DNA of 32,000 nucleotides from Caldimicrobium thiodismutans. GTDB taxonomy: Bacteria > Desulfobacterota > Thermodesulfobacteria > Thermodesulfobacteriales > Thermodesulfobacteriaceae. A program made the translations under genes and the position numbers. How positions within the stretch are numbered: position 1 is the first letter of the stretch; each line of letters starts with the position of its first letter. The stretch is taken from the NCBI RefSeq assembly GCF_001548275.1, contig NZ_AP014945.1, positions 330,001 through 362,000 of the forward strand. Reading direction: 5' to 3'. Positions 24,770 to 32,000 of this stretch are shown here, piece after piece. The notes beneath the pieces are model-generated. The model had not been told where the DNA came from. It saw only the letters and a list, made by a program, of their open reading frames with translations, and searched no databases.

Positions 24770-25501
24770 ATGGTGAAAAGTCAACATTTTAAACCCCCGA
24801 TAGAAAAGGTCATTGATGATTTTTTGCCAAGGATCAATCATTTAGCCAATAAATATGCCTATCTTGGCCAACCTGTTTTATCCAAGGAAGACCTTGTTTC
24901 TGCAGGAGTAATTGGTCTTATTGAGGCTTATCATCGCTTTGACCCTTCTAAAAAGGTCAATTTTAGAACTTATGCAGAATATAGAATTAAGGGAGCTATA
25001 CTTGATGAAATCAGAAAAATTGATATAATACCAAGAAGTGTCAGGGAAAAGACCTCTGAGCTTGAAGAAAAAGTAAGAGAGTTATATCTTAAGCTCGGGC
25101 GGATGCCTGAGGAAGAAGAAGTGGCTGAGTCCCTTGGTATCTCCTTAGAGGAGTATCAGAAGCTTCTTGAAAACATTAAAGGTATATCCTTTATTGACAT
25201 TGATGCTTTTAAACAGAAGATACCAGAACTTGAAGAGGAGGATATTTTTGAATTCCTGGCTGGGGCATCTTCTCAAAACGATCCTATAGAAAACTATACC
25301 TTAAAGGAACTCACAGAGAAATTAGCAGAAGCCATGGAAGTATTATCGGAAAAGGAGAGATTGATTTTGGCTTTGTATTATTATGAGGACCTTAATATGA
25401 AGGAAATTGCAAGGGTTCTTGGCTATACTGAAGGAAGAATTTCGCAACTTCACCAGCAGGCTTTGATCAAATTAAGAACTTATTTAAATATTAAATTTTA
25501 A
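24770..25501 (+). CDS. fliA: Flagellar sigma factor FliA (sigma-28/WhiG family)
   Basis: Region 2 (DLVSAGVIGLIEAYHRFDPSKKVNFRTYAEYRIKGAILDEIR), region 3, and the region 4 HTH (LNMKEIARVLGYTEGRISQLHQQALIKLR). About 240 aa, following flhG. Confidence 0.9.
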   Translation: MVKSQHFKPPIEKVIDDFLPRINHLANKYAYLGQPVLSKEDLVSAGVIGLIEAYHRFDPSKKVNFRTYAEYRIKGAILDEIRKIDIIPRSVREKTSELEEKVRELYLKLGRMPEEEEVAESLGISLEEYQKLLENIKGISFIDIDAFKQKIPELEEEDIFEFLAGASSQNDPIENYTLKELTEKLAEAMEVLSEKERLILALYYYEDLNMKEIARVLGYTEGRISQLHQQALIKLRTYLNIKF

Positions 25502-25774
25502 GGGAGGAGTCAACTATCAGAAATAGGGTAAGGGAAAAATGTTAGCCATAGCAAATCACCTTGGAATTATTAATTATCTTACTTTTTCCTTTATTAGGAC
25601 TCTTAATCACATGATCAAGCCCTGTTTATTTGATGATTTTTTTAGAAGAAGGGGGAGGAGTTCTTTAATCTGGCTTTCAAGGAAAAAAGAGTTTTTGGAT
25701 GTGGCTAGAGGAGAATTTTGCAAAGGTTCATGTTTATATCATAAACAAAAAAAATTACAGAAGGAGGGGATTAG

Positions 25775-26158
25775 ATGGCACTTGATACAAATATAAAAGT
25801 CCTTATTGTAGATGACTTTTCTACTATGAGAAAGATTATTCGCAATATTTTGACTCAGCTTGGATTTAAGAATATCTTAGAGGCAGATGATGGAACCACA
25901 GCCTTAGAGATTTTATCAAAGGAAAAGGTTGATCTAATTATCTCTGATTGGAATATGCCCAAGATGAGTGGCCTTGATCTTTTAAAGGCAGTTAGGGCCA
26001 ATGAAGCCACTAAGGATCTTCCTTTTGTTATGGTTACTGCTGAAGCTCAAAAGGAAAACATTCTTGAAGCCATCAAGTATAAGGTAAGTCAATATATTGT
26101 AAAACCCTTTACACCTGAGACACTTAAAGAAAAGCTTGAAAAGGTCTTTGGAGGATAG
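25775..26158 (+). CDS. cheY: Chemotaxis response regulator CheY
   Basis: VLIVDDFSTMRKI, ISDWNMPKMSGLDLL, VMVTAEA and YIVKPF give all receiver and CheY-signature residues. SD GAAGGAGGGG lies upstream. Confidence 0.92.
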   Translation: MALDTNIKVLIVDDFSTMRKIIRNILTQLGFKNILEADDGTTALEILSKEKVDLIISDWNMPKMSGLDLLKAVRANEATKDLPFVMVTAEAQKENILEAIKYKVSQYIVKPFTPETLKEKLEKVFGG

Positions 26159-26849
26159 TTTGGAGGAAGAAAAAAAGAAAGAATCTGAAAATTTAGAAGA
26201 AAAAAGGGAAGAAACACCTGAGCCTTCAAAGGAAATTTTAACTGATGAAAAAGAAAAAACAGAGGCCTTACTTCAGGATCTTTTAGAGGAAGAGACTGAG
26301 GAAGAAAAAAGGAAAACTCCAGAAAAGAAAAAAAACATTCCTTTTCTTTTAATCCTCAGTGGCTTATTAATTCTTTTACTTTTGGTTTCAGCCTTTTTCG
26401 TGCTTTATAAACTTTTTCAAAAAAAGGAAATTTCAAAACCTTTGCCTCAGGTACCATCAAAAGTTGCTGAACAGCTTAAACCCGAAGAAAAATCAAAGAT
26501 TACTCCTGAAGAAGTAAATGCAACAAAATCTGAACAGGTATCACAAAAATCTTACGCTTATCGGCTTGATCTGAAAAATTTTCTCATCCCTTTGAATGAA
26601 CAAACCTTTTTAAAAATGGATGTATATTTATATTTTGAAAGGCCAGAGGATTATAAAAAGGCTCAAAAGATTAATCTTTCCCTTAGACAGTTTGTTTTTG
26701 AAGAGGTCAAAAAGGAGAACCCTCTTGTGTGGAGGGAAGAAAAAGCTTTAAAAAGAGTTGAGGAAGATCTCAAGGTTAAGATACAAAAGGAACCTTTAAT
26801 GTTAAATCCAGCAAAGATTGAGCTTGAAGGGACTATTTTAAGGGTCTAA
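26136..26849 (+). CDS. Membrane protein with acidic N-terminus, one TM helix and a FliL-like C-terminal domain
   Basis: No ATG near the 5' end. TTG at 26136, or in-frame TTG at 26160 just after the cheY stop with GGAGGA (26150-26155) upstream. The C-terminus YRLDLKNFLIPLNEQTFLKMDVYLYFE...LRQFVFEEV follows the FliL-domain pattern seen in the bona fide FliL at 15809. Confidence 0.5.
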   Translation: MKRSLEDSLEEEKKKESENLEEKREETPEPSKEILTDEKEKTEALLQDLLEEETEEEKRKTPEKKKNIPFLLILSGLLILLLLVSAFFVLYKLFQKKEISKPLPQVPSKVAEQLKPEEKSKITPEEVNATKSEQVSQKSYAYRLDLKNFLIPLNEQTFLKMDVYLYFERPEDYKKAQKINLSLRQFVFEEVKKENPLVWREEKALKRVEEDLKVKIQKEPLMLNPAKIELEGTILRV

Positions 26850-26855
26850 ACCCAG

Positions 26856-27176
26856 ATGAACAAGGAACTCCTCTTATATGCCTTGCTCATTTTTGATGTC
26901 TTCATTTTGGTTCTCTTAGCCCTCTTTTATTTGAGATTCCGAAAATTTTTAAACCTACCTTGGGAAGAGATTGAAGAGAGCTTAGATAGGGCCCAGAGAT
27001 TGGTTGACCGTCTAAAAGAGCTTAAAGAAAAGGGTGCTAAAGGTGAAAGGAATTTATCAGATCCGAGGGAAGAGGTTATCCTTCTCTCACAAAAGGGACT
27101 TAAAATAAAAGAGATTTCTAAAAAAACCGGGCTTAGTGAAGGTGAAATTGAAATAATTTTGAAGACGCAAAAATAA
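26856..27176 (+). CDS. Small TM-anchored protein with C-terminal HTH-like segment (DUF2802/DUF6115/SwrB-like architecture)
   Basis: N-terminal TM (LLLYALLIFDVFILVLLALFYL), a charged helix, then ILLSQKGLKIKEISKKTGLSEGEIEIILK, resembling a sigma-region-4/LuxR-type HTH. Confidence 0.5.
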   Translation: MNKELLLYALLIFDVFILVLLALFYLRFRKFLNLPWEEIEESLDRAQRLVDRLKELKEKGAKGERNLSDPREEVILLSQKGLKIKEISKKTGLSEGEIEIILKTQK

Positions 27177-27191
27177 AAGCTCTAATATTAG

Positions 27192-27995
27192 ATGCAAATT
27201 ACAGCTCCTACTCCGATATATTATCTTCCTGAAAATCTATGGAGTCTCTTTACTCGTCCTGGAAGAGAATTGGTTATGCGAGTGCTTGAGATAGAGGGTA
27301 AGCTTTTATATCTTGAGATGGGTGGTTATAAATTTCAGGCTCGTTTAGCCGGGACTCTTAATCCTGAAGACTTTAGACCCGGAGAATTGATCAAGGTAAA
27401 GGTCCTAAAATCAGAGGGTCCAATTGTCCTTGAGATCCTTGGAAGTTCTAAGGAGACAACGGAAGCAAATCTTCTTTATTTAATGGTAAAAGAAGGTCCA
27501 AGTAAACCCCAGACACAGGCTCAACTTTCCAAGGAACTAAGTTTACTATCTGAGGTGTTTAAGAGGGTCTTTGAAAGACTTGAAACCAAAGACAAAGCCA
27601 AAAATCAAAAAGGTCTTGAAGAGCTTTTAGGAAAAGAGATTAGAATCAGTGATTTTGTTCTTGAGGAGGATAGACTTTTTTTACCTTTTCTATTTAAGGA
27701 AGAAAACTCCTGGGGATACCTTGAAATAATAGTTCCTAAAGAAAAGGGGGATAAGGTAAGGCTTTTTTGGTTAAAAGTTTTTTTTAAATACCTTGGAATG
27801 GTTGAGGCTATATTTTCTTATACAAAGGATTCTATTGAAGTGGATATCTTTTTTGCGGAGAAAAAGGCTTGGGAATTTGCAAGAGATTATTTTTTAGAAT
27901 TAAAGAGAGACCTTTCTTTTTCTGGAAAATTAGTTAAAATCAATTTTGAAAAAAAAGAAGTTTTTCCGGGGTTTTTTTTAAACAAGGTAGGATAA
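27192..27995 (+). CDS. Hypothetical protein with possible FliK C-terminal (Flg_hook)-like domain
   Basis: 267 aa. C-terminal LKVFFKYLGMVEAIFSYTKDSIEVDIFFAEKKAWEFARDYFLELKRDLSFSG follows the L..LG.V.v......l.v.f.a......l......L...L pattern of FliK C-terminal domains. No obvious SD. The stop overlaps the next ATG (TAATG). Confidence 0.4.
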   Translation: MQITAPTPIYYLPENLWSLFTRPGRELVMRVLEIEGKLLYLEMGGYKFQARLAGTLNPEDFRPGELIKVKVLKSEGPIVLEILGSSKETTEANLLYLMVKEGPSKPQTQAQLSKELSLLSEVFKRVFERLETKDKAKNQKGLEELLGKEIRISDFVLEEDRLFLPFLFKEENSWGYLEIIVPKEKGDKVRLFWLKVFFKYLGMVEAIFSYTKDSIEVDIFFAEKKAWEFARDYFLELKRDLSFSGKLVKINFEKKEVFPGFFLNKVG

Positions 27996-28549
27996 TGTCA
28001 TATTTTGCTAAGCCAGGGCCTGAAAATACAAAGGCTTGTCTTGAGACTGTTTTAAAGGTCATTGAGGAACGAGGTATTCGGGATATTGTAGTTGCCTCAA
28101 CTTATGGGGATACGGGGCTTATTTTTGCAGAAGCTCTTAAAGATAAAGATGTAAATTTAGTAATTGTTACCCATAATGTTGGTTTTAGGGAACCAGGAAC
28201 GCATGAGATGACAGAGGAGGTAAGGGAAAGACTGAAAAAGCTTGGAGCTAAGGTCTATACTGGGACCATGGCCTTAAGGGGTATTGGTTCAGCGATAAAG
28301 AGCCAATTCCATTATTCTGAGGAGACTCTCATTGCACAAACTTTAAGGATTTTCGGACAGGGTCTTAAGGTCTGTGTAGAGATTGTAGTTATGGCCTGTG
28401 ATGCTGGTCTTATCCCCCCAGAAGATGTTATTGCGGTAGCGGGAACAGCAAGAGGTGCAGATACAGTAGCCCTAATTAAGGCCATGCCTTCAAATAAATT
28501 TTTTAATCTAAAGGTAAGAGAAATCTTAGCCAAACCAGGGGATTGGTGA
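27995..28549 (+). CDS. Stand-alone pyruvate kinase C-terminal (alpha/beta) domain-like protein
   Basis: YFAKPGPENTKACLETVLKVIEERGIRDIVVASTYGDTG...VTHNVGFREPG...LRIFGQGLKVCVEIVVMACDAGLIP...VIAVAGTARGADTVALIK matches my memory of the about 185-aa 'pyruvate kinase alpha/beta domain-containing protein' family. 1-nt start/stop overlaps at both ends (TAATG, TGATG). Confidence 0.65.
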   Translation: MSYFAKPGPENTKACLETVLKVIEERGIRDIVVASTYGDTGLIFAEALKDKDVNLVIVTHNVGFREPGTHEMTEEVRERLKKLGAKVYTGTMALRGIGSAIKSQFHYSEETLIAQTLRIFGQGLKVCVEIVVMACDAGLIPPEDVIAVAGTARGADTVALIKAMPSNKFFNLKVREILAKPGDW

Positions 28550-28920
28550 TGAAAAAGGCCCTTGTAGTTGATGATTCCAAGGCTATAAGACAGATTGAGA
28601 GGAAGTATTTAGAGGAGCTTGGCTTTTTTGTTTTAGAGGCTGAAAACGGTGAAGAGGCCTTAAAAGTTCTTAAAGAAAATTCAGATATAACTCTTATTCT
28701 TCTTGACTGGCACATGCCTGTTATGAATGGCTATGAGTTTTTAAAGAAAGTGCGGGAAAATCCTGAATGGTCTGAGATAAAGATTATGATGGTCACTACT
28801 GAAAATCAACAAAAATCTGTTATTGATGCTATTATGGCAGGAGCTAATGAGTATCTCATGAAGCCCTTTGATAAAGAGATGCTTGAAACAAAGATTCAAT
28901 ATCTTTTTGAAGGATTCTAA
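28549..28920 (+). CDS. Single-domain CheY-like response regulator (second CheY)
   Basis: ATG 28549 preferred (TGATG coupling) over the track's TTG 28543. ALVVDDSKAIR, LLDWHMPVMNGYEFL, MMVTTE and YLMKPF supply the receiver residues. Confidence 0.88.
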   Translation: MKKALVVDDSKAIRQIERKYLEELGFFVLEAENGEEALKVLKENSDITLILLDWHMPVMNGYEFLKKVRENPEWSEIKIMMVTTENQQKSVIDAIMAGANEYLMKPFDKEMLETKIQYLFEGF

Positions 28921-28921
28921 G

Positions 28922-29959
28922 GTGGCTGAAAAGGTTCGCACACTCATCGTAGATGACTCCGCTATAATGCGAAAACTCATTGTGGATATCCTGAAAAAGG
29001 ATCCCGAGATTGAAATTATTGGTCAGGCTGTAAATGGAAAAGAGGCAATTGAAAAGGCAAAGGTTTTAAAACCTGATGTAATTACCCTTGACATAGAGAT
29101 GCCTGAGATGGATGGTATTTCTGCTTTAAAGATTTTGAAAAAAGAGTTACCTCAAACCAAGATTATCATGTTTTCTTCGCTGACCCAGGAAGGGGCAAAA
29201 GCAACTATTGAGGCCCTATCGCTCGGGGCTTATGATTTCGTACCTAAGCCATCTACAAAGTCTTTTCTTGAAAGTGTGAAAAAGATTGAAAATGATCTTC
29301 TTCCCAAGATTAAGGGGATAACTTCATCTAAGGAAATTAAATCTTTTAAAATTACTCCTTCTCAAAAGCTCTTAAAGCCAGGGCTTTTTAGAATTTTAGG
29401 AATTGGGGTTTCTACAGGTGGTCCTCAGACCTTAATAGAAATCTTTAAAGGCATACCTAAAAATTTCCCAAGTCCCATTTTGATAGTTCAGCATATGCCC
29501 CCTTTATTTACTAAACAGCTTGCGGATAGATTGGATAAGATTTCTCCCCTTCAGGTTAAAGAAGCTGAGGACGGAGAGGCAATCAAGGAAGGGGTGGTTT
29601 ACATTGCCCCAGGTGATTATCACATGGAGGTTGTAAAAGAAAATACTCAAAAATATATTAAGCTCCATCAAGGCCCACCTGTTAATAATTGTAGACCCGC
29701 AGTGGATGTCCTTTTTAATAGCTTAGCTGAGATTTACAATGGAAGTTCCCTGGTCTTGATTTTAACAGGAATGGGTAGAGATGGTGCTGAAGGAGCTAAA
29801 AAAGTAAAACTTAAGGGTGGAGGTGTAATAGCTCAGGATGCCCAGACCTCTGTTGTCTTTGGAATGCCAAGAGCAGTTATAGAGGCAGGCCTTGCAGATG
29901 AGGTTTTGAGCCTTTCTGAAATACCAAAAAGACTACGAGAACTTTTTAGGTGTTATTAA
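28922..29959 (+). CDS. cheB: Chemotaxis protein-glutamate methylesterase CheB
   Basis: GTG 28922, directly after the upstream stop, is preferred over the track's 28868, which would overlap by 53 nt. Receiver domain (TLIVDDSAIMRKL, ITLDIEMPEMDG) plus esterase triad motifs GVSTGGP, VQHMPP and GMGRDGA. Confidence 0.92.
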   Translation: MAEKVRTLIVDDSAIMRKLIVDILKKDPEIEIIGQAVNGKEAIEKAKVLKPDVITLDIEMPEMDGISALKILKKELPQTKIIMFSSLTQEGAKATIEALSLGAYDFVPKPSTKSFLESVKKIENDLLPKIKGITSSKEIKSFKITPSQKLLKPGLFRILGIGVSTGGPQTLIEIFKGIPKNFPSPILIVQHMPPLFTKQLADRLDKISPLQVKEAEDGEAIKEGVVYIAPGDYHMEVVKENTQKYIKLHQGPPVNNCRPAVDVLFNSLAEIYNGSSLVLILTGMGRDGAEGAKKVKLKGGGVIAQDAQTSVVFGMPRAVIEAGLADEVLSLSEIPKRLRELFRCY

Positions 29960-29960
29960 T

Positions 29961-30785
29961 ATGGAGAAAGAGATCTTTGATTTTTTTACAGCCTTAGTTG
30001 AAAAGGTAAGTGGAATTTCTTATCAACAGGGAAAAGAATATCTCCTGGAAAGCAGACTTACTGAACTTGCCCTTACCCTTGGTTATAAAGACCTTTCTTC
30101 CTTTTACCAAAAGGTCAGAACAGGACTAACTTCTTCTCTTATAAACCAAATTGTGGATACCTTAACAACAAATGAAACCTATTTTTTTAGAGATCAACAT
30201 CCCTTTGAGACCTTAAAAAAAGACATTTTTCCGGATCTTTTTCAAAAGCGAGTATCAGAAAAAAAGATAAATATTTGGTCAGCGGCTTGTTCAACAGGGC
30301 AGGAGCCTTATAGTATTGCCATCTTGCTCTCAGAGTATTTTCAGAATTTTCTAAATACCTATAGAGTCTCTATTTATGCTACAGATATTTCAGAAAGTTC
30401 TCTTAAAAAAGCAAAAGAGGGAATTTATAATCAAATCGAGGTAAACAGGGGATTACCGGTTACCTTTCTTGTGAAATACTTCAAACAGGCTGGTGGAAAC
30501 TGGCAAATTGATGAAAAGGTAAAAAAACTTGTGAAGTTTGAATTTTTAAATCTTCTTGAGATAGATAAAAAGGTTAGAGACACCTTTGATCTAATTTTTT
30601 GCCGATATGTTTTAATCTATTTTTCCAAAGAGGTTAAAGCTAAGGTGTTTCAATCCCTTTGGAAGACCCTGAATAAAGGTGGATACTTACTCCTTGGCGC
30701 AACAGAAATTCCTCCGGTGAATCCCCCAGATATGGAAAAAAAGCTCTTAGGAAAGACGGTTGCCTTTTACAAAAAGGAAGCTTAA
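29961..30785 (+). CDS. cheR: Chemotaxis protein methyltransferase CheR
   Basis: ETYFFRD, IWSAACSTGQEPYSIAILL, IYATDIS, IFCRYVLIYF and LKKGGYLLLG are CheR SAM-methyltransferase motifs. Confidence 0.92.
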   Translation: MEKEIFDFFTALVEKVSGISYQQGKEYLLESRLTELALTLGYKDLSSFYQKVRTGLTSSLINQIVDTLTTNETYFFRDQHPFETLKKDIFPDLFQKRVSEKKINIWSAACSTGQEPYSIAILLSEYFQNFLNTYRVSIYATDISESSLKKAKEGIYNQIEVNRGLPVTFLVKYFKQAGGNWQIDEKVKKLVKFEFLNLLEIDKKVRDTFDLIFCRYVLIYFSKEVKAKVFQSLWKTLNKGGYLLLGATEIPPVNPPDMEKKLLGKTVAFYKKEA

Positions 30786-30789
30786 ATAT

Positions 30790-31218
30790 TTAGTTCCTGA
30801 TAATAAACACCGGACAGGGCGATTGATCAATCAAAAGCTCTATCAATCTGTCCTTAAGAGACAATAACCTTTCAAAAAGCGTTGGTTTTTTGGGTTCAAT
30901 CACGATAAGATCACAATTTTCCTCTATAGCTATATCCAATATATCCTCTTCTTTTTCAATCTCTTCTACCCTAATCTTAGCAAGCACCCTTTCTTCTTCA
31001 GTTAACTCTTTTATTTGTTTATACTCTTTAAGTTTATATCCTTCTAAAATCTCTTCCAGATTTTTAATACCGGTTAAATGAAGCTCTCCTTCATATGTAG
31101 GCAAGGGTTTTAAAACTACTACCCATGTGCCCTCTTTTTTGGCTAATTTAAAGCTTTCTCGCAAAAATTCAGGTGAATTTCTGTAAATAATTAAAATTTT
31201 TCTATACCCTTTAGCCAT
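30790..31218 (-). CDS. Universal stress protein-like (adenine nucleotide alpha-hydrolase fold), divergent
   Basis: KILIIYRNS...DLIVIEPKK...SPCPVFIIRN resembles the USP beta-strand pattern, but the ATP-binding G-2x-G-9x-G(S/T) motif is not evident. Convergent with cheR across a 4-nt gap. Confidence 0.55.
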   Translation of the reverse strand: MAKGYRKILIIYRNSPEFLRESFKLAKKEGTWVVVLKPLPTYEGELHLTGIKNLEEILEGYKLKEYKQIKELTEEERVLAKIRVEEIEKEEDILDIAIEENCDLIVIEPKKPTLFERLLSLKDRLIELLIDQSPCPVFIIRN

Positions 31219-31221
31219 GAT

Positions 31222-32000
31222 TTATTCCTCCTTGGCAATTAAAACTGGAATATTTATCAAATGTAATATCTTTTCCGTAGTGCTTCCTATTAACTTTCTA
31301 TCAAGGCCTTTTTTCCATCCATAAGGTCCAATAATAAGAAGGTCAATCTTTTTTCTCTCAGCAATTTCAACTATTTTTTCAGCTGGTGATCCCTCATCCA
31401 TAATTAACTCAATGGGAATCTTTGCCTCTTTGGCCATATTTTCAGCTGAAGAAAGGATTTTTTTACCCTCAACAATTATTTTTTCTTTAATCGAGGGGGT
31501 TATATAAAATTCTATCAATTCCTGATATCTCGGAAGAATATAACAAACATGAATAGAGGAGCCATATTCATTATAAAACCTAAAGGCCTTTTTAAGAGCC
31601 AGTCGGCTTGCCACTGAATCGTCAAAGGGCACAAGTATTGAATTATAATCTCCCTTACATTCCTCACAGGGCTTTTTTACCACCAAAACATCAATTGGAG
31701 AATTTAAGGCAAGCTCTGTGCTTACACTCCCAAGAACCAATCTTTTTAAAAGACCCTTTTTTCCATAAGTGCCTGTCACAATAAGCTTGGCCTTCAAGGT
31801 CTCTGCTTCGTGTAGAATAGCCTCAGAGGGATCCCCTTCTTTAAGAATACATTGGGCTTGTATCCCAAAGTGTTTTGTGATCTCTGCCTTGGCCTCATCG
31901 CAGAGCTTTTTACCTTGCTCAAAGCGTTTCTCCCGTATATCGGGGTAAAGCAGGAATTCTTCCTCGTTGAAATAGATGACATGCATTAAAAATAATGTGC
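31222..32000 (-). CDS. Tandem-domain universal stress protein (UspA family), N-terminus probably outside window
   Basis: Two USP domains (..LIVTGTYGKKGLLKRLVLGSVSTELALNSPIDVLVVK and SILVPFDDS...LLIIGPYGWKKGLDRKLIGSTTEKILHLINIPVLIA). The frame stays open upstream of ATG 31986 to the window edge (codons TTA TTT TTA ACA). The first domain lacks its N-terminal strand if started at 31986. Confidence 0.8.
   Translation of the reverse strand, partial: TLFLMHVIYFNEEEFLLYPDIREKRFEQGKKLCDEAKAEITKHFGIQAQCILKEGDPSEAILHEAETLKAKLIVTGTYGKKGLLKRLVLGSVSTELALNSPIDVLVVKKPCEECKGDYNSILVPFDDSVASRLALKKAFRFYNEYGSSIHVCYILPRYQELIEFYITPSIKEKIIVEGKKILSSAENMAKEAKIPIELIMDEGSPAEKIVEIAERKKIDLLIIGPYGWKKGLDRKLIGSTTEKILHLINIPVLIAKEE

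Noticed and set aside
25539-25796. 85-aa ORF in the fliA-cheY gap with a weak SD (AAGGGA)
   Set aside because: Its composition (3 Cys, 2 Trp, Arg-rich, purine-run derived RRRGR) is unlike the K/E/I-rich proteins of the window. It has no recognisable motif and overlaps the well-supported cheY start by 22 nt. Treated as non-coding, though the gap itself is flagged as a finding.
28868-28921. Track start for cheB at 28868, overlapping the second cheY by 53 nt
   Set aside because: The extension (MIKRCLKQRFNIFLKDSK) is not CheB-like. GTG 28922 follows the upstream stop directly, and the receiver domain starts a few residues later.
30601-30608. GCCGATAT, resembling the sigma-28 -10 element GCCGATAA
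   Set aside because: It lies inside the cheR coding sequence. There is no TAAA -35 at the required 15-nt spacing, and the downstream gene is convergent, so there is nothing to transcribe.

Overview
AT-rich, tightly packed bacterial chromosome with K/E/I-rich proteins, which suggests a thermophile. That reading is inference, and a guess at Thermodesulfobacteriota or Aquificota is low confidence. All family calls come from reading motifs in the supplied translations; no database search was possible.

Layout:
(1) 1-9.6 kb is housekeeping: lgt (5' partial), a minus-strand GT2-recG-tyrA operon, a RACo-like 2Fe-2S/ASKHA protein with psd-pssA, then remA-gmk-rlmB.
(2) 9.7-12.6 kb is a nuclease-rich patch. 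It holds a minus-strand operon (bifunctional nuclease, PHP phosphoesterase, HsdR_N-like protein). Next to it is a solitary coiled-coil/PD-(D/E)xK (DUF3782-like) gene bracketed by direct repeats, followed by a C-free tandem heptamer tract. This is the only clearly accessory-looking part of the window.
(3) 12.6-15.7 kb carries an EhaR-like HAD protein, a rhomboid protease, an SDH/ClpP-fold proteinase and ogt.
(4) 15.8-30.8 kb is one long plus-strand flagellar export/chemotaxis operon behind a textbook sigma-54 (-24/-12) promoter: fliL-fliM-fliN-fliO-fliP-fliQ-fliR-flhB-flhA-flhF-flhG-fliA, a 273-nt gap, cheY, four unusual genes (FliL-like membrane protein, TM-anchored HTH protein, FliK-C-like protein, stand-alone pyruvate-kinase-C-like protein), a second cheY-like gene, cheB and cheR.
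(5) 30.8-32 kb has two convergent universal-stress-protein genes, the last running off the window.

Most interesting:
- the repeat-bracketed nuclease cassette with its foldable about 75-nt repeat and anti-SD-complementary heptamer array;
- the uncharacterised four-gene module translationally coupled into the che operon;
- an FlhF with degenerate G3/G4 GTPase motifs paired with an FlhG that has no room for the N-terminal FlhF-activator peptide.
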